DNA of 64,000 nt, from the NCBI GenBank assembly GCA_902513515.1, contig CABXNE010000001.1:41102-105101 (forward strand), written 5' to 3'. The position numbers and the translations under genes are program-made. The stretch is from an uncultured SAR86 cluster bacterium (GTDB lineage Bacteria; Pseudomonadota; Gammaproteobacteria; Magnimaribacterales; D2472). A model generated the notes under the pieces. It ran no database searches, was not told the origin of the DNA, and worked only from the letters and a program-made list of their open reading frames with translations. Shown piece by piece: positions 29,794 through 38,873 of the stretch (positions are counted from its first letter, which is position 1; each line of letters opens with the position of its first letter).

Positions 29794-31599
29794 GTGGATA
29801 AGCTAAAAAAACAAGGTTCAAGAATTGCAGAGTTAATTGAGAAAGGCCGTGAACAGGGCTACTTAACGTATGCAGACGTAAACGATCATCTTCCAGAAGA
29901 CATTTCCGACCCTGATCAAGTTGATGAAATCATTGGTATGATCAATGATTTGGGTCTTCAAGTTCATGAGACTGCGCCTGATGCAGATACCCTGATGCTT
30001 TCTGAATCATCTGATGATCAAGATGATATTGCTCTTGAGCAAGCGGCTGAAGCCTTGGCAGCTGTTGAGAATGAAACTGGTCGTACAACCGATCCAGTCA
30101 GAATGTACATGCGTGAAATGGGAACCGTTGATCTGCTTACTCGAGAGGGTGAGATTGAAATTGCAAAACGAATCGAGGAAGGAATGCGCGACCTGCTTGA
30201 TGCAAGTGTTCATTATCCAGGAATTGTTGAACATATCATCGATTTTTACGAGCAAGTAAAAAGTGAAGAGAAAAAGCTAAGTGAGCTATTGACTGGTTTC
30301 TTAGAGGAGATGGAAGAAGTTCCTTCGGCTGGACCAGGGAGTGAGAAAGCTAAACAATTAGAAGAGAGTGATGAAGAGGTTGATAATGGGCCGGATTTAG
30401 CTGAAGTTCAAAGACGCATGACCAATTTAAAGCGTCAATTCAATAAGACATATAAAGTAGTTGAATCAAAAGGCAGACACTCTAAAGAAGCTAAAGCCGA
30501 ATTCACAAAACTAGGCTTAATTTTCCAGTTTCTCAAGTTTTCACCAAAAATGTTCGAAGATTTGGCTTTCTTTGCTCGCAGTGATTTAGCTGAAATCCGC
30601 TTGCATGAGAAAAGAATTCAGTTCTTATTTGTTAAATCTGCAAGAGTTCCTCGCAAAGATTTCATTGCTATGTACAAAGACAACATCACCAAAGTTAAAT
30701 GGGTTGATTCTTTGATGAGCAACAAAAAATACTCTAAAAAATCGCTAGAGCATATCAAACCTGATGTGGTAATTGCTCAGAAAGCTATAAAAGCTGTTGA
30801 GGAAAGAGTGGGTTTGAGTTTAAAAGATATTAAAGAAATTAATCGCGCCATGTCCATGGGTGAAACAAAAATGAGGCGCGCTAAAAAAGACATGGTTGAA
30901 GCCAACCTTAGGCTTGTGATTTCAATTGCTAAAAAATATACAAACAGAGGTTTGCAGTTTTTAGATTTAATTCAAGAAGGCAACATTGGACTTATGAAAG
31001 CAGTCGATAAGTTTGAGTATAGAAGGGGTTATAAATTCTCAACCTATGCAACTTGGTGGATTAGACAGGCAATTACAAGATCTATTGCTGATCAGGCAAG
31101 AACCATAAGAATCCCTGTTCATATGATTGAAACTATCAATAAATTAAATCGTGTATCACGACAAATGATGCAAGACATGGGTAGAGAGCCTACTCCAGAA
31201 GAGTTAAGTAATGAGCTTGATATGCCTGAAGACAAAGTCAGAAAAGTTCTCAAAATTGCTAAAGAGCCAATTTCAATGGAGACACCTATTGGTGATGATG
31301 AAGATTCAAACTTAGGTGATTTTATTGAAGATACAGTGATTCATTCACCATTAAAAAATGCAACTGAAGGTAGTCTACATTTTGCAACAGACGACGTTCT
31401 CTCTTCCTTAACGGCTAGGGAAGCAAAAGTTCTAAGAATGCGTTTTGGTATTGGGATGAATACAGATCACACGTTAGAAGAGGTTGGCAAACAATTTGAT
31501 GTAACAAGAGAAAGGATTCGTCAAATAGAAGCCAAAGCTTTAAGAAAGTTACGGCATCCTTCAAGATCAAGCCACCTGAAAAATTTCTTAGACGAATAG
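29794..31599 (+). CDS. rpoD: RNA polymerase sigma factor RpoD (sigma-70)
   Basis: 601 aa. GTG start with AGAGG 7 nt upstream. [11 protein letters not shown], region 2 ([54 protein letters not shown]) and region 4 ([27 protein letters not shown]). Confidence 0.97.
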   Translation: MDKLKKQGSRIAELIEKGREQGYLTYADVNDHLPEDISDPDQVDEIIGMINDLGLQVHETAPDADTLMLSESSDDQDDIALEQAAEALAAVENETGRTTDPVRMYMREMGTVDLLTREGEIEIAKRIEEGMRDLLDASVHYPGIVEHIIDFYEQVKSEEKKLSELLTGFLEEMEEVPSAGPGSEKAKQLEESDEEVDNGPDLAEVQRRMTNLKRQFNKTYKVVESKGRHSKEAKAEFTKLGLIFQFLKFSPKMFEDLAFFARSDLAEIRLHEKRIQFLFVKSARVPRKDFIAMYKDNITKVKWVDSLMSNKKYSKKSLEHIKPDVVIAQKAIKAVEERVGLSLKDIKEINRAMSMGETKMRRAKKDMVEANLRLVISIAKKYTNRGLQFLDLIQEGNIGLMKAVDKFEYRRGYKFSTYATWWIRQAITRSIADQARTIRIPVHMIETINKLNRVSRQMMQDMGREPTPEELSNELDMPEDKVRKVLKIAKEPISMETPIGDDEDSNLGDFIEDTVIHSPLKNATEGSLHFATDDVLSSLTAREAKVLRMRFGIGMNTDHTLEEVGKQFDVTRERIRQIEAKALRKLRHPSRSSHLKNFLDE

Positions 31600-31605
31600 T
31601 TTTTA

Positions 31606-31682
31606 GGGCCTGTAGCTCAGTTGGTTAGAGCAGTGGACTCATAATCCATTGGTCGGAGGTTCGAGTCCTCCCGGGCCCACCA
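31606..31682 (+). tRNA. tRNA with CAU anticodon, most likely tRNA-Ile2 (lysidine-modified, AUA-decoding) rather than elongator tRNA-Met
   Basis: A 77-nt cloverleaf folds by hand: acceptor GGGCCUG/CGGGCCC + ACCA, D arm GCUC/GAGC, anticodon stem GUGGA/UCCAU with loop CUCAUAA, T arm GGAGG-UUCGAGU-CCUCC. The C4:G69 and C5:G68 pairs are the acceptor-stem determinants reported for TilS recognition of tRNA-Ile2. E. coli ileX also lies downstream of rpoD. Confidence 0.9.
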
Positions 31683-31702
31683 TCATTAAAACCTATAAAA
31701 AA

Positions 31703-34147
31703 TTATCTAATGTTTATATTAAAACCCACATTAATTATCGGAGGCCTGTCTTCGAGATGTTTGATTGAAAGAAAAAATGGACCCCTATTAAGACTTAGCT
31801 CTCCATCAAAGTAGTTCATTTTTGGTTTTAAAGGGAACATGAGATTATTCTTAGATTCAAAGTAAAGAGAAGAAGGGAAATTTCTTTTTGAGGAGCTAAT
31901 TCCTATATACCCACTAAAGCCTAGAAGGGTGAATGGGTAATCTAGATCAATAAAGTAACTATGACTTTTTAGGTTTAATTTTTTAAAATCTATATTCTGA
32001 AAACTTCCAATATCTTTAAATGAGTCTACAAAAATTTTTTCATGCGCAATCCCAAAATTTAAAATCAAGTTGTTCAAAGCTGTCGATTGTTCAATAAATA
32101 CTGAAGCTGTTTTAAATTCTAATCTTGCAAATGAGCTTCCTAAAAAATTTACATTGTTAATATTTTTAGAATAATTATCTGAAAAAATTAAACCAGTTCT
32201 TGCTGAAAATATTTTTTTAGATATGCCAATAAAATTTCCGTGCAATTTTCCTTCAGATGAACCAGTAAATAATTTTATTTCGTCATTTAGAATTGAGTTA
32301 TAACCCAAAAGAAAAGATTCTCTTGTGTCTTTATATATAAAACTGCTGTTTCTTGAAACCCTTCTTACATGATTGTATTGGGCAACGGATGTCAGAATAC
32401 TATTTGAATAAATATTTCCCTTGGATAGAAAATTTTTTAATAAGTCTTCATTCAATGGATCTAAAACTTGAAAGAAATTTGTTGTACAAGAATCTCCAGA
32501 ACATTTTACATTTGAGCCAATAAAATCATAGTGGTACTTACCGTCTATCTCAACTGGCCATAATATTCTATCCTCATCTACATCAACAAAATCATCATAG
32601 AATCTGTAGGTATTATCTTCATTTAAAAGTACATAGGTTCTAGTATTTGAATCAATAATATCCAAATCACCATCATGGTCATAATCTACTATTCGTATTT
32701 TTCCTTGGCCAACCCAATAACTAGAGAAAGGATTTCCATTTGCATAAATAGAATAATCAGGATATTTTTCATTAGTTACATCTTCAAAGTTCTCCCCATT
32801 CATATTTCTGAAAAATTGAATTACTCTCGATTCATAATAAGGCTCATGAATAGTTGAAGCCATAACAATATCTACAAACCCATCATCATCAAAGTCAAAT
32901 GCCTCCATGTCATTAGCATTTCCATTTGAACCAAAGAAATTTGCAGGCAATTCAATAAAACCCAGTTGATTCCAATCATTAGATCCATTGTTTAGGTAAA
33001 CTGCTCCAGCACTATTTTCACTAAAACCATATAAAGCTGAGATCCGAGGGTTAAACCAGCCAAATGCAATATCTCCATAGCCATCATTATTAAAGTCAGC
33101 AATTACTGCAGTTGTTGGCCATAACTTGTCTATATTCGCTCCATGGTTATCGTAATCTACTGTTAACCATTCAAATTCAGGAAAATTATGATTTGCTTTG
33201 AAATTTCCCGAACCATCATTGATTAGCGCAGTAAAAGGTATATTTTGAGTGCATCCCGAGCATTCATCTATTTCTCCACCAAACAAGTATCCTGGCTTTG
33301 TGTTATCAAAGATTGGAACAAATATATCTAAATCACCATCATTATCTAGGTCGCCATGGGAAGCATCATGCGCAAAGATCTGCCCATGACCTTCTTCAAA
33401 AAATAAACTTGGTAAATTTGAGAGACTCTTATTCTCTAATTTTCCATTATTACTTAGATACAATATGCTTGTATCATAATAATCACTTATCCCATCCCCA
33501 TTAAAGTCAGCTACGATTTTTCCGTTAGAGTAGTCTTGTTGATTTCCGCATTCTTTTTTTGGGTCATTTGCATCTGTATTAAGCCAATTAGTTCCCCCAT
33601 GAACACATGGAAAGGTATTATTAAGGAATATTTCTGGGGATATTTGAAAATGACCATTACCATCGTTTAGAAAAGTGATCATGAGATCTTCGGGCATATA
33701 TTCTCTTGTTCCTATTGAATTGCCAACATATATCAAATCAGAAAACGCATCCCCATTTAAATTTGCTTCAAACCATTGTCCATTATTAACCCATGGACCA
33801 GATGTTGTAATTTCATCCTGATTAGAGCTATCACCTGGATGCAATCCTTTTGACGTAACTTGTAAGAAACCATAATCTTCTATTTTATATTTTTCGTTAG
33901 AAGGAAATTCATTAGAAGACCTAAATGCACTAGTGCCATAGGAATAAGTGACGTCTCCCCAAGGAGACTGCATTTTATTTTCAAATAGTTGAAATTCATA
34001 TCTTTGATCAACTATTGTCTGAGTGGGATTTATCAACTCATTAATTGGTTGAGGGCTAGAACCCCCCGTGCTTGAACATGATGAATTAATTATCAAGATA
34101 ATAGATATCTGGCATATAAGAGGATCTAAAATTTTTTTATTAAACAT
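31703..34147 (-). CDS. FG-GAP/VCBS repeat (beta-propeller) surface protein with a beta-rich C-terminal domain; possible lipoprotein
   Basis: 814 aa. N-terminal hydrophobic segment ending in Cys (IILIINSSC). At least six Ca-binding D-x-[DN]-x-D-G-x-x-D repeats (DFNGDGISD, DLDNDGDLD, DFNNDGYGD, DFDDDGFVD, DYDHDGDLD, NLNGDAFSD). The last approx 250 aa show an alternating hydrophobic pattern. Confidence 0.7.
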   Translation of the reverse strand: MFNKKILDPLICQISIILIINSSCSSTGGSSPQPINELINPTQTIVDQRYEFQLFENKMQSPWGDVTYSYGTSAFRSSNEFPSNEKYKIEDYGFLQVTSKGLHPGDSSNQDEITTSGPWVNNGQWFEANLNGDAFSDLIYVGNSIGTREYMPEDLMITFLNDGNGHFQISPEIFLNNTFPCVHGGTNWLNTDANDPKKECGNQQDYSNGKIVADFNGDGISDYYDTSILYLSNNGKLENKSLSNLPSLFFEEGHGQIFAHDASHGDLDNDGDLDIFVPIFDNTKPGYLFGGEIDECSGCTQNIPFTALINDGSGNFKANHNFPEFEWLTVDYDNHGANIDKLWPTTAVIADFNNDGYGDIAFGWFNPRISALYGFSENSAGAVYLNNGSNDWNQLGFIELPANFFGSNGNANDMEAFDFDDDGFVDIVMASTIHEPYYESRVIQFFRNMNGENFEDVTNEKYPDYSIYANGNPFSSYWVGQGKIRIVDYDHDGDLDIIDSNTRTYVLLNEDNTYRFYDDFVDVDEDRILWPVEIDGKYHYDFIGSNVKCSGDSCTTNFFQVLDPLNEDLLKNFLSKGNIYSNSILTSVAQYNHVRRVSRNSSFIYKDTRESFLLGYNSILNDEIKLFTGSSEGKLHGNFIGISKKIFSARTGLIFSDNYSKNINNVNFLGSSFARLEFKTASVFIEQSTALNNLILNFGIAHEKIFVDSFKDIGSFQNIDFKKLNLKSHSYFIDLDYPFTLLGFSGYIGISSSKRNFPSSLYFESKNNLMFPLKPKMNYFDGELSLNRGPFFLSIKHLEDRPPIINVGFNINIR

Positions 34148-34237
34148 TAGCTAAAATTTTAGGCTAAGGAGAGCTTTATGTATAAAAAAATACCATCATC
34201 ACTTCTTTTATCTACATCCCACGATTTAGGTTTAAGC

Positions 34238-35656
34238 TCATGGCATGATCACCGCTTTGGTCTCTAGGCATTCTTCTAAGCCATGAAGGCCATGTTCTCT
34301 GCCATTACCAGAAGATTTATAACCCCCAAAAGGCGCTCCTGTTCCTCTTGCTCCTCCATTTATGATGACTTGTCCAGCTCTAATCTTTCTTGCAACTTGA
34401 TTAGCATGAACAGGCTCACCTTGAACGTAGCCAGCCAACCCATATTCAGTATCATTGGCCATCTCAATCGCTTGCTCTTCTGAATTATATTTTAGAATTG
34501 ATAAGACTGGACCAAAAATTTCTTCTCTTGCAATGGTCATGTCATTGGTAACATTTGCGAATACGGTTGGTTTTACGTAATAACCCTTCTCATAACCCTC
34601 TGGCTTTTCAAGGCCTCCAGCAACTAAAGTTGCACCTTCCTCAATACCTATTTTGATCATTCTAAGGATCTTTTCATACTGAGGTTTGTTCGCAATAGGC
34701 CCAATTCTAAATTCTCCCCACGGATCACCAACAGTTGTACTATTTGCAGTTTGAGCAGCAACTTCAACAGCTTTCTCATAATTTTTCTCAGAAACCAACA
34801 TTTTTGTTGGTGCATTACATGACTGTCCTGAGTTTAAGAAGCAATGCCCGGCACCGCCCTTCACAGATTTTTCTAGATCAGCAACATCATCCAGAATAAT
34901 ATTTGAAGATTTTCCCCCAAGCTCTTGATGCACTCTTTTTACTGAAACGGCAGATGCTTGAGCCACTGCAATTCCGGCTTCAGTTGATCCTGTAAAAGAC
35001 ATCATGGCAACATCTGGATGGTCTGATAAGGCAGCTCCTACAATTGGACCGTATCCATTCACCACATTAAACACACCTGCTGGTACTCCAGCTTTATCAA
35101 ATATCTCGGCAAGCAGGAGTGCACAATATGGAGAAATTTCACTAGGTTTTAACACCATTGAACATCCTGCTGCAAGAGCGGCTGATGCTTTGGTAGTAAT
35201 TTGATTCATGGGCCAATTCCATGGCGTGATCATGCCTATTACACCAATAGGCTCTCTTATTAATGTGTAATCACCTTCTTTTTTTTCAAATTCATATTCT
35301 TTTAGAGCATCCAAAGTTTCATGTAAATTTTTAATTCCTGTTGATGCTTGAGCTTTCTGTGAAAGCCAGGTGGGGGCACCCATTTCTTCTGTGATAACTT
35401 GAACCAAATCATCGTACCGATTTTCGTATTCAGTAATAATATTATTTAAGATCTCAATTCGATTTTCCTTAGTTGTAAATTGATAGGTTTTAAAAGCATC
35501 AGATGCCACGGATACTGCTCGATCTATGTCATCTTTTGTGCCAGAAGCAACATGCCCTATGAGCTCTTCATTTGCTGGATTGATAATCTCAATTTTTTCA
35601 TTTGATTCTGATTCAACCCATTTACCGTTTATATAGAAATTTAATTTGTCTTTCAT
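34238..35656 (-). CDS. NAD(P)+-dependent aldehyde dehydrogenase
   Basis: 472 aa. ITPWNWP, FTGSTEAG, catalytic Glu in QELGGKS, catalytic Cys in NSGQSCNA, EEIFGPV. Confidence 0.9.
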   Translation of the reverse strand: MKDKLNFYINGKWVESESNEKIEIINPANEELIGHVASGTKDDIDRAVSVASDAFKTYQFTTKENRIEILNNIITEYENRYDDLVQVITEEMGAPTWLSQKAQASTGIKNLHETLDALKEYEFEKKEGDYTLIREPIGVIGMITPWNWPMNQITTKASAALAAGCSMVLKPSEISPYCALLLAEIFDKAGVPAGVFNVVNGYGPIVGAALSDHPDVAMMSFTGSTEAGIAVAQASAVSVKRVHQELGGKSSNIILDDVADLEKSVKGGAGHCFLNSGQSCNAPTKMLVSEKNYEKAVEVAAQTANSTTVGDPWGEFRIGPIANKPQYEKILRMIKIGIEEGATLVAGGLEKPEGYEKGYYVKPTVFANVTNDMTIAREEIFGPVLSILKYNSEEQAIEMANDTEYGLAGYVQGEPVHANQVARKIRAGQVIINGGARGTGAPFGGYKSSGNGREHGLHGLEECLETKAVIMP

Positions 35657-35741
35657 ACGAAGTCCTATTTATTTTATAGCAATCCTAACAAATTTTTTGT
35701 TTAAGTTGGTGCAATATTTGACCCAAAGTAGGCCCAAAGAA

Positions 35742-36941
35742 TTACCAAGAACGGGTAATCTGTATCGAGTCGCTAAGACTGCCGCTTGGCAATCCTAATG
35801 CCTTTGATATTTCTTCAAAAACGTCACTTATAAAGCCATTAGGTTCTATGTGACCAGCTTCAGGCGCCAATACCCCAGCCTGATTTATGCGACCTTCAGC
35901 TAGCATCTTAATGCCGCAAGCCAATGGGATGCCAGTAATTTCTCCCATGCCTATATTTTTAATTTTCTCATTCATATCTGGGTCTTCAGTATGGCTCGGC
36001 ATGCAAACTCCCACACTTGCTGGTATTTCATTTTTGATGCCACGAGCAAAACCATACATAGCCGGAGGATAATCAACGCCTTTAGTTCTCTTTTGAGTAG
36101 ATTGCTTGCTTTCTAGCAAAGAAAATAAATTAGCCGCCCTTAGCTTGCTTAGCAATCTTAAGTTTACTAAACCCATTATAGATTTAAGGATAAGAAAGTC
36201 AGCATGACCCCCATGGGCAAGATTGATTGAGTCTTTAAGTTTTGGAAAATAATGTGGAAAAGTTATTGCTTCAGGATGGCCAAATATATTCCCATTAAAA
36301 TTAGTTAATCCTGGGTAGTTGACGTTGATTTTCTGAAGAGGCTTGACCATTTTAAAAGCTCCATTTTGGAATACTTTGACTTGCCCCGTCATTTGCTCAA
36401 CTCCATGCATCATCGCTGCATTTTCAGATTGCTGCATTGCATTTTCATCTAGCGAGGTCCCACCAATGTCCCAACCGGTATAGACTGTAGTTACTTCATC
36501 TAATTCACGTATAGCGATGAGCGCCATCAAATTTGTTAGTCCAGGGCTTGCACCAAGCCCAATAGTTGCAGACACGCCAGCTGATTTGGCTTCAGCATCC
36601 AGCTTCATCATATCGATTGTAGGTTCCCAATCATCACATATATCTATGTAGTTACAACCTGAAGATATTGCAGCTCTAAGGATAGGAGATCCAAACTTAA
36701 AATAAGGACCACATGTATTTACAACAATATTGATATCTTCCATGGCTTGTTTTAGTGCGCTAGCATCATTGACATCAAGTTGAATTGAAGAAATTTTTTG
36801 ATTTAAACTTGCCGCAAAAAACTCAGCACTTTCTTTATTAACGTCGGCAATGATAATTTGATCAACAGAGCTAAAGTTTTGGGCTGCTCTCATGGCATAA
36901 CGACCCATGCTTCCACAACCACCTATTGCAAGTATTTTCAT
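35742..36941 (-). CDS. Saccharopine dehydrogenase family NAD(P)-binding protein
   Basis: 399 aa. KILAIGGCGSMGRY Rossmann start and GLGASPGLTNLMA segment typical of the bacterial saccharopine-dehydrogenase-fold family. Substrate not inferable. Confidence 0.75.
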   Translation of the reverse strand: MKILAIGGCGSMGRYAMRAAQNFSSVDQIIIADVNKESAEFFAASLNQKISSIQLDVNDASALKQAMEDINIVVNTCGPYFKFGSPILRAAISSGCNYIDICDDWEPTIDMMKLDAEAKSAGVSATIGLGASPGLTNLMALIAIRELDEVTTVYTGWDIGGTSLDENAMQQSENAAMMHGVEQMTGQVKVFQNGAFKMVKPLQKINVNYPGLTNFNGNIFGHPEAITFPHYFPKLKDSINLAHGGHADFLILKSIMGLVNLRLLSKLRAANLFSLLESKQSTQKRTKGVDYPPAMYGFARGIKNEIPASVGVCMPSHTEDPDMNEKIKNIGMGEITGIPLACGIKMLAEGRINQAGVLAPEAGHIEPNGFISDVFEEISKALGLPSGSLSDSIQITRSW

Positions 36942-37003
36942 AATTTACTCCAAACGTTATTCACTTTATTATTTGCTAATAAATAACTCAACAATTTTTA
37001 AAA

Positions 37004-38191
37004 ATGCATAAAGATATAGATATTATTATTTATGGGGCCACTGGGTTTACTGGAACCCTTTGTGTTAAATATTTTCAATCATTAAACACAACGGTGACGT
37101 GGGCAATAGCAGGAAGAAACTTAACAAAACTGCAGGAAGTTGCTCAAGATAATCAAACAAAAGTAGAAATTTTGATAGCTGATTCAGATGATGAAAGCGC
37201 TCTAGATAACATGACCTCAAGAGCAAGAGTAATCTTGTCTACAACCGGACCTTTTCATAGATATGGATCTAAATTGGTAGCATCATGCATCAAGAATCAT
37301 GCTCATTATGTAGACATTACAGGTGAAAACTTTTGGGTTAAGGGTTTAATAGGGAAGCATCATGCAGAGGCATCAGCAAAAGGAATTAGGATCATTCCGT
37401 CATGTGGATTTGACTCAATACCATCTGATTTAGGAACTTTTTTCTCAGCTAAAACCCTTGCAAAACCAATTAAAAGAATAGAATCATTTCATTCATATAA
37501 GGGAGGGGCATCAGGAGGAACCCTTGAGACAATGTTCTCTATGGGAGAATTAGATCTTGGCGATGATCTTACAGATCCATTTTTGCTTAATCCAAAAGAC
37601 TCTTATTCCGATGAGCAAAAGCAACTTAGCGGTGACAGAGTGGGCATTGCAAAAAAACTAGAAATTAGCGCATGGTCAGGACCTTTTATTATGGCCACCG
37701 CAAACACAAGAGTTGTAAGAAGAACAGAGGCCTTACTTGCATTAAGGCAGGAATCTTATGGATCTAATTTTACCTATCAAGAGCATGCCTTTCACAAGAG
37801 CTGGTTCAGTGCCGCCAAATCACTAATTCTGACAGGTCTATCTGTTTTGGTTCTTCTATCACCGCTAAAAAGATTGGTGAAACCTTTTTTGCCCAAGCCT
37901 GGAGAAGGGCCATCAGAAAGTGTTCAAGAGAATGGATGGTTTGATTGCAAATATATAGTTGAAACAGATGATGGAACTAAGTCGGTATTCAATATGAATG
38001 GTAAAGGAGACCCTGGTTATAAAGTGACCTCCAAACTAGTTTCTGAATGCGCACTTTGTTTAATTGAAGATGAAGATGCTCTTCCGGGTGGAAAAGAATA
38101 TGGAGGAGTTCTAACAAGTGCCTCAGGCCTGGGCAACCCATTAATTTCAAGGTTAAGTAAAGTAGGTATAAATTTTGAGGGCCCACTTTAA
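37004..38191 (+). CDS. Saccharopine dehydrogenase-like oxidoreductase (SCCPDH / trans-acting enoyl reductase-like)
   Basis: 395 aa. IIIYGATGFTGTLCVKY..WAIAGRN N-terminus and SCGFDSIPSDLG motif characteristic of SCCPDH-like proteins. Confidence 0.75.
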   Translation: MHKDIDIIIYGATGFTGTLCVKYFQSLNTTVTWAIAGRNLTKLQEVAQDNQTKVEILIADSDDESALDNMTSRARVILSTTGPFHRYGSKLVASCIKNHAHYVDITGENFWVKGLIGKHHAEASAKGIRIIPSCGFDSIPSDLGTFFSAKTLAKPIKRIESFHSYKGGASGGTLETMFSMGELDLGDDLTDPFLLNPKDSYSDEQKQLSGDRVGIAKKLEISAWSGPFIMATANTRVVRRTEALLALRQESYGSNFTYQEHAFHKSWFSAAKSLILTGLSVLVLLSPLKRLVKPFLPKPGEGPSESVQENGWFDCKYIVETDDGTKSVFNMNGKGDPGYKVTSKLVSECALCLIEDEDALPGGKEYGGVLTSASGLGNPLISRLSKVGINFEGPL

Positions 38192-38245
38192 TTTTTTGAT
38201 TATATAATTTAATCTAAAAATTAAAAATCTTTTCAAGAATCAAGC

Positions 38246-38758
38246 ATGAAACTACACATTATTTTCTTTATATTTTTATCTATGAATTCATTTACCAAGT
38301 CTCTTAATGATCCAGGTAACTGGAGCGGAGTAACTGATCAGGTTATGGGCGGAGTGTCTGAATTAACTATAAAACACTCAGACGGCGTTTTTATAATGAA
38401 CGGAAATGTTTCCACTGATAACAATGGCGGGTTTGTAAGACTGTCAAATAGAATTGATATTAATAGCAATGATTTCAAAGGCATTAGATTTAAAGCTAAG
38501 GGAAATAATGAAACCTATGAAATTCATGTCACTCTTAGAGGTTTAAAAATTCCACCCTGGTCATATTTCAGTCAGTCATTTGATGTTTCAGACCAATGGC
38601 AAGAGTATGAAATATTTTTTAAAGATCTCAAAAGAAGCTCTGGATTTTCTGCAGCATCAATGAAAGCAAAGAATATTAGAGACCTTAGCATAGCCGGATT
38701 TGGAAGAGATTTTGAAGTGGATTTAGCTATTAAAGAAATGAGCTTAATTTCATCTTAA
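38246..38758 (+). CDS. Secreted CIA30 (complex I intermediate-associated protein 30) domain protein
   Basis: 170 aa. Signal peptide MKLHIIFFIFLSMNSFT. W..VTDQVMGGVSE...NNGGFVRL pattern of the CIA30 domain. Confidence 0.7.
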   Translation: MKLHIIFFIFLSMNSFTKSLNDPGNWSGVTDQVMGGVSELTIKHSDGVFIMNGNVSTDNNGGFVRLSNRIDINSNDFKGIRFKAKGNNETYEIHVTLRGLKIPPWSYFSQSFDVSDQWQEYEIFFKDLKRSSGFSAASMKAKNIRDLSIAGFGRDFEVDLAIKEMSLISS

Positions 38759-38873
38759 TTTATTAATGACACTTCTTTTCAAATTATTTTTGCTGAAAAG
38801 TTAAAATTCTGGAGACTAGATAATTATTATAGTAAGTTAAAATGAATTATTTAATGTAAAAAACAAGATATGC

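Noticed and set aside
31606-31682. Calling the CAU tRNA elongator tRNA-Met.
   Set aside because: The acceptor stem has C4:G69 and C5:G68 (TilS determinants), and the variable-loop/T-arm junction resembles E. coli ileX more than metT. The position after rpoD also matches ileX. It remains possible, since identity cannot be proven from sequence alone.
34238-38191. Saccharopine pathway of lysine catabolism (saccharopine dehydrogenases plus aminoadipate-semialdehyde dehydrogenase).
   Set aside because: Neither saccharopine-dehydrogenase-fold protein has a recognisable lysine-ketoglutarate reductase/alanine-dehydrogenase-like domain. The ALDH looks like a generic 472-aa ALDH rather than an ALDH7-type enzyme. 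No aminotransferase or lysine transporter is nearby.
38775-38800. Weak hairpin CTTTTCA-N12-TGAAAAG after the CIA30 gene, as an intrinsic terminator.
   Set aside because: A 7-bp AT-rich stem with a 12-nt loop and no clean T-run; too weak to call.
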